DNA from: Isurus oxyrinchus
Lineage: Eukaryota
Reading direction: 5' to 3'
DNA length: 64,000 nt
Assembly: GCA_026770705.1 (NCBI GenBank)
Contig: JANJGN010000136.1
Coordinates: 620,001 to 684,000 of the forward strand
In this document: one piece after another, positions 12,381-25,550 of the stretch
Layout of the letters: each line of letters begins with the position of its first letter
How positions within the stretch are numbered: position 1 is the stretch's first letter
The notes under the pieces: generated by a model
The model's database searches: none
What the model was told of the DNA's origin: nothing
Seen by the model: only the letters and a program-made list of their open reading frames with translations
Position numbers and translations under genes: made by a program

Positions 12381-12914
12381 TGGTTGTCAACAGTGGGCAT
12401 TTGTTTATTCATTCCCGGAATAGGCCAGCATTTGTTACCCATCCGTTGTTGTGCCTGCGAAGGTGGTGGTGAGCCGTCTTCTTGCACCTCTGCAGTCCAT
12501 ATGGTGTAGGTGCACCTGCAGTGCTTTTATGGAGGGAGTTCCAGGAATTTAACCGATCGGCAATGAATAAAGGACAATAGATCTCCAAGTTACAATGATC
12601 AGTGACTTGGAGCGGAACTTCGACGTTGTGTTTTTCCCTCAAGTCTGTTATCCATGTCCTTTCAATTGATCATGGGTTTTGAAGATGCGGCCATAGGAGT
12701 CTGGGTGAGTACCTGATTGAGTTGTTGTTCATGTGAAAACAATTGCTACATTTGAGCATGATGTCGACGAGTGGCAGCATGTTGATGGGAAATAGTAAGC
12801 GAAGAGGAATAGGTCCTAGAGGCGGTTTCGATATCAGAGGTAATAGTGAAGAAGAGGGAAGACAAGCCCTTGCAATCAATGCTCTGGTTGTGATTAAATG
12901 AAAAGGAATTGCAT

Positions 12915-13570
12915 GGAATCACAGAATTGTTATGGTGCAGAAGGAGACCATTCGTCCCCTCCTGTATGCACCAGTTCTCCAAATGAGCAACCCATCTAGT
13001 ATTATTCTCCATAACCCAGCTTCCCCCTCTTTACTCCAGCCCACCCCCATCCTTTCTTCCCGTAACCCTGCATATTCTTCCTCTCAAATAACTGTCTAAT
13101 TAACTGTGAGTGCTTCAGTTGCATTGATTTCCTCCACAGCCTCGGGCAGTGCATTCCAAATCTGAACAGTCGCTGCACAGAAATATTTCTCCTCATATCA
13201 CTTCTCATTCTGTTAGTAATTGCTCCACACATTTTCCCTTTCTTTCTCGATCAATTCACGAATGGGACAATTATCTACTGTGTCCAAACGCCTGATGATT
13301 TCGAATACCTCCATCAAACCTGCTCTCAAACTTCCATTCTCTAACAAAAACAATCCTAACTTATCCAATCTATCTTAGTAACCATTTTTCCTCATCCCTG
13401 AAACCAGTCTGTTCAATCTGTTCTGCAACCTGTCTAGTGCCTTCGCTTTATTCCTGAACCGTGGCACCCAGAACTGGACACAATACTATAAGTAAGGCCG
13501 TACTGAGGACTTATTGAAATGCAACATTAACTTTTTGCTATTGGACTTTACTGATAAACACCAGGATACG
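12915..13570 (-). mobile_element. CR1 LINE 3' fragment
   Basis: YCVQFWVP...LDRLQNR...MRRNISVQRL.RIWNALP-type C-terminal ORF2 and CR1 3' UTR. Confidence 0.7.
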
Positions 13571-13709
13571 ACAGGGCAGTGTCAACATGTCCTGTTCCTT
13601 TCAGTATTCGTGAGCAAACGGTCGCTTATAATGCAGAACTTGAATACTGTGGAAAAAATAGATCTTGTCGAATCTTTTCTTCTTGATCTCATGTAGACAA
13701 TCACATGAA

Positions 13710-14170
13710 TAACAATGTTAGGGAAATTTTTAGCAAATGCTGTCCGATCACAGAATCACATCTAATGTTGGACACTGTAATTTGAGTTCTGCAACCACGG
13801 TCTATTAGGGTACAGTCTGCACCTTGCATGTTCCAACAGCAGAAGTGACATGCTGTTTGATACGATTCAATAGGTCTCCTATCAAACAGCATCTCCCTTC
13901 TCCTGTTCACAACGGGCAAGGTACAGACGTACCCAACCAGCCCGTGTTTGCAAAACTCAAAACACAGTGTTCAAATTCGATGAGATTCTGCGATTGGACA
14001 ACATTTGCTAAATATTCCTCAGTGAGAAAAAAATGTGCTGAAAACCAATTTAAGACTGTGAGTTGGGTTCGCAGTGTGGCGCCTCTGTGTGTACAAGGAG
14101 CTACATATATCAATACCAGAGCAGTGTTCTTTGCAGCCAGAAAGAACTTGTACACATAATGCTCCTGTTT
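13710..14170. mobile_element. Penelope-like GIY-YIG C-terminal fragment with inverted duplication (in GPCR intron)
   Basis: Plus strand AIGQHLLNIPQ...NQFKTVSWVRSVAPLCVQGATYINT; minus strand 13720-13800 VSNIRCDSVIGQHLLKI is an inverted copy of the same segment. Confidence 0.6.
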
Positions 14171-14429
14171 CAGTGAAACAAAATAAGTAATAGCCATTCC
14201 TTCCTTCTTTCCTCGGTGCAATGCCTTGGTGAATTGCAAGCTGCATTGTTTAAAATTTGAAAAAATGCAGTAGCCATCGACAGGTGCTTTCTCCATGACA
14301 ACACCTCTATCAATCAGAGTCCACTTGCCAGTGACTGAGCACTCTCTCATCCGATAATATAAAGTTGTTACTTCCCTGACTTTGCTAGTCTTGTGATTGT
14401 CATTTTCATTCTCATTTTAAGGCAAGGAT

Positions 14430-15055
14430 CTTTGATAACATGCTTTTTTTCAGCATTAACCAATTTATGAACACATACAACAAAGACTGTCTGTCCCCCC
14501 ACACCCTTCAGAGTTGTACACTTTATTTTATAATGACCTTCGATTTTCTTCCTACAAAAATTAATCACTTCACATCATTTTGTATTAAACTTCATCTGCC
14601 TCTAGTCCGGCCATTCCACCAACTTGTCGACGTCCCTTTGATGTTCTACACTATCCTCCACACATTTCGGAATACCTCTAGGGTTTATATCTCTGCAAGG
14701 ATTAACATTTTGTGCTATACTCAAGGGTCTCGCTCATTAATGCATCTCGGGAAAGCACGTGTCTCAACACTGATCCCTGGGGAACTCCAGTTCAAAGGTA
14801 CATCCAGCCCGAAAAGAAATCTATTCAGGAAAACTTTCCATTTCCTTTCGCTCAGGGAGTTCCGTCTCCACCTTGTTACTGTTCCATTTCTTGCACGAGC
14901 TGCAAACTTGGTCACAAGTCTGTTGTGTTACATTGTGTCAAATGGTTTTTGGAAGACCATGGAGACCATATCAAAAGTCGTGCCCTTATCAAACGTCTCT
15001 GTTAGCTCTTTGAAAGAATCTACAGCAATTTCGTGGAACAAGATTTTCCATTAAC
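14430..15055 (-). mobile_element. CR1 LINE RT fragment
   Basis: MVFQKPFD...SGVPQGSVL-type segments across frames. Confidence 0.6.
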
Positions 15056-15445
15056 GAATTCATACATGCTAAGTGAAACAAGAGATTACAGTCCCCGTTC
15101 ACTATAAGACAATGTAAAACAATGGAGGAGGATGGCTTGGTCAACGCCATCTGCTGACAGACCCAGCAGTGCCCACATCCCAGGAGTGAATAAATAAAGT
15201 CACTTGATCTTACGCGCTGATAAAATAATGGAGCAGCGAAAATCATAGGGAGCAAATCGAATCTCACAATATGCCGACCAGCAGTCCCCCTTACCGGCGA
15301 GGTGGACTCCTAAATTTCCCGTGTATGTTCATCAAATGATCCCGCTGAACAATTGTCAAAGCAAGGAGGAAATTCTCATTCTGTTACATAATCATTAAAA
15401 TTGAGATATTCAACAGCTATCAGACAGCAGGAAATACTGACTTAC

Positions 15446-15515
15446 CAGGAGTACCAATGGCTACAAGCGCAGGATAGTAAATATCCTTGATCTGTAGAAT
15501 TATAGGCCGTTCCAT
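15446..15515 (-). CDS. Exon 1 of GPR139-like class A GPCR (MERPIILQIKDIYYPALVAIGTP + first base of Val codon)
   Basis: Reverse complement reads ATGGAACGGCCT...ACTCCTG|GTAAGT (canonical donor). 70 nt, phase 1, matching the exon 2 acceptor phase. The 'YYP...IG.P' TM1 start is typical of GPR139/142-type receptors. Too short for the ORF track. Confidence 0.88.
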
Positions 15516-15590
15516 TCTTTAGAAGAATCTTCGCCTCCTGTCCTCTTTTGCAGTTCAATTTGGAATGTATCTGAGTTCCTTAAGACATCC

Positions 15591-15600
15591 CTTTTATAGC
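15591..15600 (-). promoter_or_regulatory. Candidate TATA box of the GPCR gene
   Basis: GCTATAAAAG on the minus strand about 80 bp upstream of the exon 1 ATG. Confidence 0.5.
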
Positions 15601-15799
15601 ACAATCCGTGCCCAGTTGAGAAAAGTAGCTTGCATAACATTTGATGTTAGTTCCAGTCCCTTAACAAACAAAAAGCGCTTCCGCTTCAGTGAATTCAGAA
15701 CGGCAAAGGCAAAGTTGAGCATTTCAGTCCACCAAAGGCCTGCCATTGAAATTGATCACCAGAATGAAATCCCAATGGAAATGTGCCTCAACGTATACA

Positions 15800-17200
15800 T
15801 GATAATGTAGTGGATCAGCATTTCAACGACTCAACAAAGGCTCTGGATCTAGATTAGAACCCTTTTAGATCTAGTAGTGTGCAATGAGGACGGTTTAATT
15901 AATAATCTTATAAAACGCGATTTCTAAGGCAGACTGAAAATAATAAGGTAGAAGTTTAGATTTTGTTTTTGTAAATGACTTGTTATACGCTGGATCTCGG
16001 ATGATGACTCTCAAAATAGCAAACAAATAGCTTTTGAATGCGAGCTGTCAAATGTAGGTTGGGTCACCATTGTTAAAGATATGATTGTGGACAAACAATG
16101 GTACTCATTAAAATAATTATTGTACAATTTTAAACACGTATACATACATTTACGTTGTATCAGCCCCAAGACAAAAGAAGAACAGCGCAGCTGTTACGAA
16201 CAAGAGTGGTTAAATATACCATAGTAAAAAAAACGCGGGAATGGAAAGCTTTTAGATTTCAGCCAAATAGGATCTACAATTTACAAGGAATCAGTAAAGC
16301 GAATATGATACTACACCAACTGCTAACTTTTAAAAAAAAGTTTGTAAACATTTCTATAAATTATGCAGATGAGAAAAAAATAATCGTGAGAGTAAACATT
16401 GACCTTTTGGACTCAGAGAAAGGTGGAATTATGATTGGGAATGGGGATTTGGCTCCAAAAGGATTCAGAATAAACCTGAAACCAAATATCAAGTGAATAT
16501 ATTGAACTTGTGTAAATCTGTACCAAAAAAGAAACATTTCTAGAGACATTCTTGGGGCTAGGTTGCAAGCAATCTCCTAGACCTTTCCACTTACAACATG
16601 GAGTTTTACAGCAGAGGTAGCTGCAAAGATAGCAGATGTATTGGACTCGATCTTTCAGAATTACTTAGAATCCAGAACAGTTACCAAGGATTGGAAGGTA
16701 ACGAACCCCGATAGTTAGGAAGGGAGCAAGAAAGAAAGCGGGGACCTATGAGCTTAACATCACTGCTGGGCAAAATGATATTTTCTTTTCTTTTCGGGAT
16801 GTGCTAATAGAACACTTGGAAAATCTCAATGTTATTCAATAACTCAACACAATTTGTGCAGGGGAAATTGATTACGGCAATCTTATCAGTGTCTTTGAGG
16901 ATGTAACTGTGAGGAGGATAAAGGGAACACAATTGAATGCACTAAATTTGGATTTTCAGAAAGCATCCATTAAAGTATCCTTAGAGGTTCTTACGCAAAC
17001 TTAGAAATTATGGGATTTGGCGTCAATACTGGCATGAAAAATGCATCCGTAAATGGACAGACAACAGAAAGTAGGAAGAAAAGTGACATTTTCACCTTGG
17101 CAAGCTATAATTAGTAGGGTGCTGGATGGATGAATACATCGGGCTCAGCTATGTACATTCTATAGTAATGGCTGAGATGATGGAACTGAATTCAAAGTGT
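15800..17200 (+). mobile_element. CR1 LINE ORF2 fragment (endonuclease end/RT), heavily decayed
   Basis: LDLVVCNE.GLINNL, W..AN.TP...KG, LDFQKA motifs in broken frames. Confidence 0.6.
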
Positions 17201-17261
17201 AGGGTCAGGCTGTTTCCCACAGCAAGAGTTCATGTGAGACTGGAAAAGACCACCATCACAT

Positions 17262-18720
17262 TGTGATATAAAGAGTCACATAACATAAACCTGGGATAGG
17301 AAGGTTCGGACATCAGAAAGACATGAACTAGAGGCTCGTGTAGAAAACGGCATGAAGGTAGCTCTTAGTCTGGGCTATACTGGTGCTTATGTATATCAGC
17401 GTGTGTTACCAATAAACAGTGACTGCTCAACAGTTGAACTTTCTTTGTAAGACCAATGGACAGAACCCTTACAAATTGGTGACAAATAATGACCGAACCA
17501 AGAACTCAAGACAAGCTGGGGAAAGACCCCAAAATCTAAAAAACTAAAGGAACCATATCCTGACCTGACAAATTCACCAAACCTGAAGAGCACAGCTGGA
17601 GATCGCCTAAGAAGAAACCCCATTACAGAACTGGAGGCTCAAGGGCGGAAGAGAATTCCACTGTGTAGCTGAAGGACTCCAGCAGAGCACGTCGCAGACA
17701 TTGTGAATCCCCATCCAATACAGAGTCAAATAATCTAGGCAGATCGCAAGGGTGAACAAGCTAATAATATTTCAAAAATCGGTACAAAAGCCGAACGGGT
17801 ATTTAAAATCTTGAGGGCATTAATCAGACAGTACAGTCTACTTCCTCAGTCACCGTGCCCAGCCAAAGTCCAGAGTCAGCGGCCTAGAACTGTTGAAATA
17901 AAAACGTTTGATGCCTCAGTGAAAGCCGGAAAACACCTTTGATCAATTGAATACTATACTCTCGGAAATTCGCGAGAAGACCCAAACGTTCGATTCAATA
18001 CCTTGCTGCAAAGAAAATAGATCATTTTGAGGTTGGGTGCGACATCGCCACTGGAGCCCGCCAAAACCCAAAAGCGCGGGATGAAGTGAACTAAACGGTT
18101 ACTGCAGAGCCATCTTTAAAAGTGCAACAGCAATTAAATCAGAAAACCCTTCTGCTGAAAGAAAAACAGCCATGGATAATAAATCAGATCTGCCAGGTCG
18201 ATCTTTGCTGACCCAAGGAGCAAATCAGGCACAGAATTGGTGGCATTGGCGGACATTTTTAAAAGATTTACGATAGCTTTAGGGTTAGATAAGGAGACAC
18301 AGACTGAAGAACTGAAAACACTGTTATAATCAGAAGGTCCGATAACCGATGACGTCATTGTGAGCCAAGGAATACATGAATCTCCGGGTAAATTTGAAGC
18401 TGTTCTGAAATCTTTCGATACCTATTTTAACTTAAGAAGGATTATAAATTTATCCTGAGGAAAGGTCAACAACAAGTCCAACAACCTGGAGAGCCCATTG
18501 GCCTCCTGGACCTCGTGCTTCCGATAACGGCCCGCAATTCACTAGTGAAGACTTCACTCAGTTCCCATCCATTACGGATTTCAACAACTTAACTGCTCCC
18601 CAAATTTCCCACAATCAAATGGTGAGGCGGAAAGAGGCGGCGCACCGTTAAACCTCCTTGTGAGATATAGAAAGTATCTCCCATAGACGCTTTGAACATT
18701 GAGATCAAACTTGCTTCAGT
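17262..18720 (+). mobile_element. Internally deleted Ty3/Gypsy LTR retrotransposon (5' LTR, PBS, gag N-terminus joined to integrase core)
   Basis: TG..AATAAA..CA LTR-like segment (~17262-17473) followed by TGGTGAC (PBS-like). gag-like FKRFTIALGLDKE...KFEAVLKSFDTYFNLRR...QQPGEPI; integrase SDNGPQFTSEDF (18520-18555) and FPQSNGEAER (18605-18637). Confidence 0.75.
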
Positions 18721-19024
18721 GCAACAGGTAGGAGCAGAACAATGTACCGCATGATCTTAGTAGAACTTATTTCTCCTAGTTTCTGTTACCAATCTGAAAC
18801 TGTTTACGTTTTGGCACATTGTATTCCACCTGCCCTGTTCTTTCCCATACACTCAGCCCATCCATCTCTCAGCAAATTTTCTGCATTATCTCCAATACGC
18901 ACTTTCCCGCCATTTTTCATCGTCAGTTAACTTGGATTCCTTGTGCTGTAAGAGTTCTTTTCAGTAGGTGTTCAGACGCTTGCAATGTTGAACAATAACC
19001 GTTTGTTGGCAACACATAACTGAA

Positions 19025-19096
19025 ACTGTGCATGTGTGTGTGTGTGTGTGTGCGTGTGTATGTGCGCTTACTTGCATGTGTGTGTGTTTCTGTGTG
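19025..19096 (+). repeat. (TG)n microsatellite
   Basis: Imperfect TG run; a (CT)n(CA)n run also occurs at 20960-21004. Confidence 0.9.
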
Positions 19097-19694
19097 GTTC
19101 TGTACAAACTGTAGCCCAGACTAAGAGCTATCTCCACGCTGAAATCTACTCAGGTCTCCTGACCATGCCTGTCCCATGCTCTAACCTGTCTATCTTAGGC
19201 ATACTGTCATGTCACTCTTTCTATCACGCTGTGAGCAGTACTGCTTTCCAGCCTCACATTAACTCTTGCTATGCCAAACATACTCGCAGTACCTTTCTCT
19301 CCACACTTAACCCAACAGAATTGGAGTACAATATTTTTTACAGCTGCACTTTCTCCTTGTTCAAGCCGATGACTTTATAGGTTCAGACAGTCAGGAGACC
19401 TGACAATTCTTCCAGATCCCATTCTGGTCACATCTGGAGTGTTATAAGCCCAGTTGTTTTGCGCCAGGTTTGTTGGTTTGGAGTTGAAAAATCAGAGTAT
19501 CCTTTGTCTCTGGCACATTGTTTTATACATTCATGGGATGTGGCAGCCGTCTGCCTAGGCCAGTGTGTATTACCCATCACCAATTGCCCTTGATAAGGTG
19601 GTGCTGAGCTGCTTTATTGAACCGCATCAATTAATGTGATGCAGGTAAATCCACTTGATTGTACCTGATTAGTTTAAAAGTATGGTAGGAGGTT

Positions 19695-20010
19695 CCCCTC
19701 AATGGTTGAGGAGGAGAATCCTGTTCCGGCGCATTGTACCTTCTGGAGTATATAACAGTAATTATCTAGTTTCATCTTCTTCTCCCCAGGATATGATGCC
19801 CGGTCTTTCCGGGTTCCTGGTCCGAACCTTGTCATTTCTGCTTAATTGGAGCAGTATCTTGGTGCAGTATTTCATACTGTAGGCAGAACAGTGCATGTTC
19901 ATAGGACGATTCTCGGTCCTGAACTTCCTTCTGGTCCCTGACTTCCAGAATAACATAGAGATCCAACCTGCCAGGATTTCTGTCTCCTTACCTAAGGAAG
20001 GGCAGCTTTC
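19695..20010 (-). mobile_element. Gypsy integrase C-terminal fragment
   Basis: LSRNDKVRTRNPERPGII...TPEGTMRRNRILLNH resembles the GDxVxxR...G...RRNRxxL tail of Gypsy integrases. Confidence 0.6.
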
Positions 20011-21224
20011 CCTCACAGAAAGGACAATGCATCATCATTAGACTGGTTCATGGGAGGAGATGATTTTGTGCAAAGAGGGACTGATTAAGCTAGGCCTGTA
20101 CTCAGTTGACCGGCCTGCTTTGAAAACTTTATTTTCTGTAAGATTTAAATCTCAGGCCACTCCAGCTTAGAGAATTGCGGGAGATCCCAGAGTCAGGAGA
20201 TGCGAAAAGAGCTCCATCATCTCAGTGCTGACCAGTAGCTCCATCTGCCAACTATATAACAGCAGCAGATTTAACAAAGACTATTCTAGCTTCCACTCCA
20301 TCGACTGCTGGTAACGCACTTAGCGTCAGATAGCTCCTGATTAAGAATTTACTGGCAGATCATAGACTCACAATAGCATAAGGTATCGGCAGGGGGGCTC
20401 AAGAGTCGCCTGAGTTATGGATGGTCGTGATATCTTCCTGTGATAACGCTGCAAATATAAGTTATTCAACAGCGGGCAGAGATGACAATAACCTCACAAA
20501 CAACCCTTATTACAGCTCTGGTGAGGAAGTTGGGGGCATGATTTATGTTTCTAACTATTCAAAAAGATACGATGACACTTCATCTATTGCCGCCATCTTA
20601 TTCTTGCTCCAGGAGTTCTGTTTATTCATCTGCCAAAGTGATTTTTACTGACATGACCCCAGAATTTTATCTGCTTTCATTTTATGAAGGAGCACAGTTT
20701 GATGTTGAACTGAATGAGTCACAGGCATCAACCAATATTCTCCGGGTTATCCGCTTCTCACTCCACAGGGCCAAGCCACTTCTAGCGTCACGGGTGAATG
20801 GATAAAATGAAAAGCAAACATCTCTGCATTAACCTCTGTCTCTTCTCCAGCTCTCTCTCCCTCGATATCCCTCTATCTCTCTCTTTCCATTTTTCTCCCT
20901 CTGGCTCTCTATGTGACTCTCCCTCTCAACACCCAACATCCTCGCGCCCCTACAACCCGTCTCTCTCTCTCTCACACACACACACAAACACACACACAAA
21001 CACAAAGACAAACTGATGCTAACACACTTTTTTCCCTATTCTGGCCCAAGCGAATTGAAATGAAATATTTTCAGAAAGCCGAAGTGACTGCCTTTAAAGA
21101 GATTGTCTGGGTCAAGTCCTGGTTCCTTGCCACGATTGGGAAAATATGGCCAGACAAAACCAAAGATTTTCGACGAGGAAATATGTATCAAGAAGAATAA
21201 TAGAAGTAAAGGCTGTCAGATTGT

Positions 21225-22215
21225 TTGCTTTTTATTCCTCCACGTGATAAGGGCTAGCTGGCTGGGCCAGCCTATATTGCCCAACTTAATTGTCAATGAG
21301 CAGTTGATTGTGTGCTCCCTTCATGATCCGCCGCACTTCCTGTGGTGTAGGTACACGCACAGTTCTGTTAGGGATGGAGCTGCAGGATTCTGACCACGTG
21401 ACAGTCAAGGAAATGCAATATATTTCCGAGTCAGGATGGTGAGTGACTTGGACCGGAACGTCCAGGTGGAATTGCTTCCATTGGAGGTGCTTCCATTTAT
21501 CTGCTGCCCTTCTCCTTCTAGATGGTAGTGGTCGTGGGTTTGGAAGTTGCTGCCTTCAGGAGCCTTGCTGAATCCTTGCAGTGCATCCTGTAGATGGTAG
21601 ACACTGCTTATGTCATCCGTCAGTGGCGGAGGGAGTGAATGCGTGTGTGTGTTGTCTCTCAAGCAGGCTGCGTGGAACTGGACCGTGTCAAATTACTTGA
21701 GTGTTGTGGGATATGCACTCATCCAGTCAAGTGGGTATTGTCCCATCATACTTCTGACTTGTGCCTTGTAGATTACAGACAGGCTCTCAGGAGGCATGGA
21801 GTGAGTTACTCGTCTCTGGATCCACAGCCTCTGACCTGCTCTTGTAGGCACAGTATTTATATAGCTAGTCCAGTTCAGTTTCTGGTCAATGTTAACCCTA
21901 GATTGTTGATTCTGGGGATTCACTGAAGTGCAGTCGGATGTCAAGGGGCGATGGTTAGATTATCTCTTGGTGGAGATTATCATCATCTGTCACTTATGTG
22001 CTGTAAATGTTACTTTCCATTTGTCAGCCCAAGCCTGGATATTGTCCAGGTCTTGTTGCATTTGGCCATGGACTGCTTCAGTATCCGAGGAGTCAGGAAT
22101 GGTGCTGAAAATTTTGCAATCATCAGCGAACATCTCCACTTCTGACCTTATGATGGACGGAAGATCATTGTTGAAACAACTGATGATGGTTTGGCCGAGC
22201 ACATGACCCTGAGGA
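21225..22215 (-). mobile_element. CR1-clade LINE 3' half
   Basis: PQG.VLG...NDLPSIIRSEVEMFADDC...DLDNIQAWADKWKVTF; IYKAQVRS. A related fragment lies at ~12390-12900. Confidence 0.85.
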
Positions 22216-22249
22216 CACTACACCGCAAGTGAAAACCATGGAAAATAAT

Positions 22250-24340
22250 AGAAAATTCATTGGGGAAGTGAAGAATAAATACAGGTAGAAAAGAGCGACT
22301 GGGAGAATAGTCTAGCAGTTTTTTTCTCTATGGATATAAATAAAAAAGTTGTGAAAACAGGAACTGGTTTTAATTAAATGTTGATAATTCACAGGATTGG
22401 TTTAGGGGCAAGGTGATGAGGAAAATAAGTTTGGAAATTGTGGAGGGCATTGGGCTGCAAATTTCCAATCCTGCTTAGTTATAACGGATGATGCTAGAGG
22501 ATTGTAGAATTACAATTATTATAGCATTGTTCACAAAATGTAACTAATTATTATTTTGTAAATCACACACGCACCAGTTTAACCTCAAGTGGTGGAAGAG
22601 CTTTTGGAAATGATATCAAGAGACAAAATGTATTACCACATAGATAAGTGCGGATTCTTCAAGGAAAACATATCTCAATGTGTTATAAGCAGAATGCATT
22701 CAGTTAACTTGATTGTTTTGGGAAGAAGGCAGTCAGTGGAGCATGGGCACCAGGTCCGCTGAATGATAGGAAACAAAGAGCTGCGGTGATTTGCTATATA
22801 ATGGGATTCTCCAGCCATCAGCAGTATAATCAATGCTGATTTTCTCCAACATAGGACGGAGGCGTCAACGTGGAGGGCATCATTTCATAATTTGTGGATG
22901 ACACAAAACTCAGAAGTGTTGTGAAATTCAGAGGAGCATAATCATAAACTTCCAGAGGACAGAGGTAGGCTGAAGAGACAGATGCCATGAAGTGAAATTT
23001 AATGCGGAGAAGAGTGAAGCTGTACATTATTTCAGGGAGAGCGAGGAAATGCGATATAATGTACACTAGTCAACGCTAAATGAGATACAGGAGCCGAGGG
23101 CGCTGGAGAAATGGCTGCACCAACCATTGAAGTTGAAAGGGCATGTCGGGACGTTAACTAAATTAGTGACCAGCGATTCAGCGTAAAATCAACTGGGTCC
23201 ACCGACTCTGCGTTGGATTTTCAATTCACTCCGAGCATTCGGCGGAGTTGCAAGGAGAGGGAACTGGAAGATCTTTCTACCTGGATTTCAGTAAGAGATT
23301 TGTTGCGTTTATAGCAAATATGGTAACAACTAAACAGCACGAAAAATAATCCAACTACAGTCGTCATGTATGCGTTGATCTCAGGGACAGTCGGCTCGCA
23401 GCACCGCTTGACAGAAGAGAAGGCAACTCTTTGGAGAGTTCTCACTGCTTTCCGCTAGTATTTGCGCTGTGCTGAGTGTTCTTCATAAGAAGGGAAACCG
23501 AGTTAAATTTAATTCCAAAATGTTGTACGGCGAATGCGTTCGTAACTCAGTTCGTGAATTATGTGTCGCCGACAATTATCTGGGCTATGAAGTACATTTT
23601 GCAATAAAGGTTTTTTGTTCCATTCGGACGTGGTTTAAAGTAATTAGCAAGAAATTATTACCCTCTTGTACGACGCTTGTAAAGCACATAGAAGCAAATG
23701 ATTTTAGTGCCTCCAGCTGAACAGTCGATGTAGAGACAGTCATTAAGGATGTGGAGAGTACACAAGGAGCAGATCATTCAGGAATCCAGCGAGCAATCGG
23801 CGTTTTTTCTAGGTGGTGAGAAACCGGGGACCGTAGAGAAGCAAAAGGATTTCGATCTACAGGTACAGAGCTCACTAATCGCCAATGCACATGCGCAAAC
23901 AATCATTTTAAGATCTGAACTTCCAGGCTGTCATATCCGAGGTGCCACTCATTCCAATAGATTGTCTTAAATTTGCAGATCTATGTAACAGACGGAGTGG
24001 CATACAAGCTAGAAGCGAGTTTTGTAATGGAATATTGCGAATTGCATCCTAATATTTTGCTGTGAACATGATTTTGGGGCCGCAAATGCATTAGGAATTC
24101 TTTATCTGTGATGGTGCTGCATGATGGCGCAAATTGAAGCAGCTTCTCGCTATTTAATCTAACACTAGAGTATAACAAGATAGAAACCTCGATCAATCTA
24201 CCCTTCATTCTTCTTTTCTCAAGATATTAGAAACAGATAGAAGCCCTGAAAACGAAACAAAGTTGCAGGGAACTTCGAGGGATTGACACGAGGTGAATGT
24301 CCCCTTCAGAGAACCAGCACAGAACGGACTGGAGGAACAT
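22250..24340 (+). mobile_element. Two decayed CR1 LINE RT fragments
   Basis: FVDDTKL (22890-22910), YLDFSK (23277-23295), W.V.FN..KC-like motifs. Confidence 0.55.
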
Positions 24341-25089
24341 AAGAAATATCAGGCAGTTTTATAATGTACTTCTACTTCTCTATAATTCACGAACTTACTG
24401 GGTGATCTGCTGCCTCAATTACACCATTCTGAGACTCGGGTATCCGGCCTCCATTGACCATATTTCCCATAGCTGTCTAACTAGAGTCATTACAGCGTCT
24501 ATTTTTTCCATTTCCTTCTTTGGATTTCACCCCCTACAACGCGTTTCCCTGACAGAAAGACCGGCAGCCTCCCTTTGGCTTGATTTCACAAATCTTCCAA
24601 CTTGCATCAACTATTCGCTCCTAACCAGTGGCTTGTGTATCAGGATTGTTGTTATTCTGGTATGTGCATTAGACCTTCAAAGCTTTGAAGAGTGTGTTTA
24701 TTTCAGGGAGCTATTAAGTTGCAGAAATTGTAGTGGGAAGCTCTAAAGTCACAGGAATGGTTTTCACGAGTGGGTAAATTATTTCTAATGGTGTTTGTTG
24801 TAGCAATGTGTAAAAACATCCCCTTGAAATGAAGACAGCTCATTCGGAGTAACGTTTTAATTGCGTGAATCACCAAGTGTAGGTTTCTAAATCGATCTGC
24901 AAGCCGCGGAGCATGATTAAAAAGATCCACCATGCGCCCCTCCCCATTCTTTCCTGCATAACGTGTGGTAACATAGACCAGTCAACGTCTTCCCTTGCTC
25001 TGCAAAACCCGTAATAAATCAAAGTGCTTCCTTAAGTAAACACCTCCAAAGGTAATATTGGTCCATTCGGGCTTCATAATATTGGCATA

Positions 25090-25550
25090 GAAACGAAAAT
25101 GCTTTTTTCGGGCTTTGTTATTTTGATGTAAACTTCATAACATCTGCCTCCATGTGATGTTTTGCTGGGTTTTACTGATTTAGTTTTATCACTTTCCTAT
25201 CTTTATTCCTTCATGTTACTTTCGGACGGTTGCTATGCAGCCATTCACAGCCCCATGTGGCCATATCTTTTGTTTCTTTACCATGCCCATTACAACTATT
25301 TGTGGTTTTTGCATCAAGAACCCTTTTCCCTCCTGCCCTCCACTCTCACAGATATTCGCTTTGTACATCCCGACCCTTCCACCTCTCCACATGATTAACA
25401 TTTAATATATTTATATCTTTCTTCAACTCTGATGAAAAGTCATCGACCTGAACAGTTCACTCTGTTGCCTCCACAGGTGTTCCCTGATCGGCTGAGTATC
25501 TCCAGGATGTTTTTGTTTAATATTTCCAGCAATCGCTCTGCTTTGCCTTA
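25090..25550 (+). mobile_element. 3' end/terminal repeat of a Penelope-like or non-autonomous derivative
   Basis: CTGATGAAAAGTCATCGACCTGAACAGTTCACTCTG...CTGAGTATCTCCAG resembles the 3500-3640 repeat; related copies at 32780-33125 (+) and 60750-61150 (-). Confidence 0.6.

Noticed and set aside
14440-15054. 204-aa plus-strand ORF
   Set aside because: Antisense to a CR1 RT fragment.
15140-15160. CTCF-like motif GCCATCTGCTG (similar at ~26912)
   Set aside because: Short imperfect match, adjacent to a LINE tail; expected by chance.
23350-23450. Kinase-like VVMYALISG motif
   Set aside because: No other kinase subdomains; an alternative frame gives CR1 RT YLDFSK just upstream.
24380-25090. Possible retroviral RT remnant on the minus strand (RLADRFRNLHLVI)
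   Set aside because: Only vague similarity; no catalytic motifs recognised.
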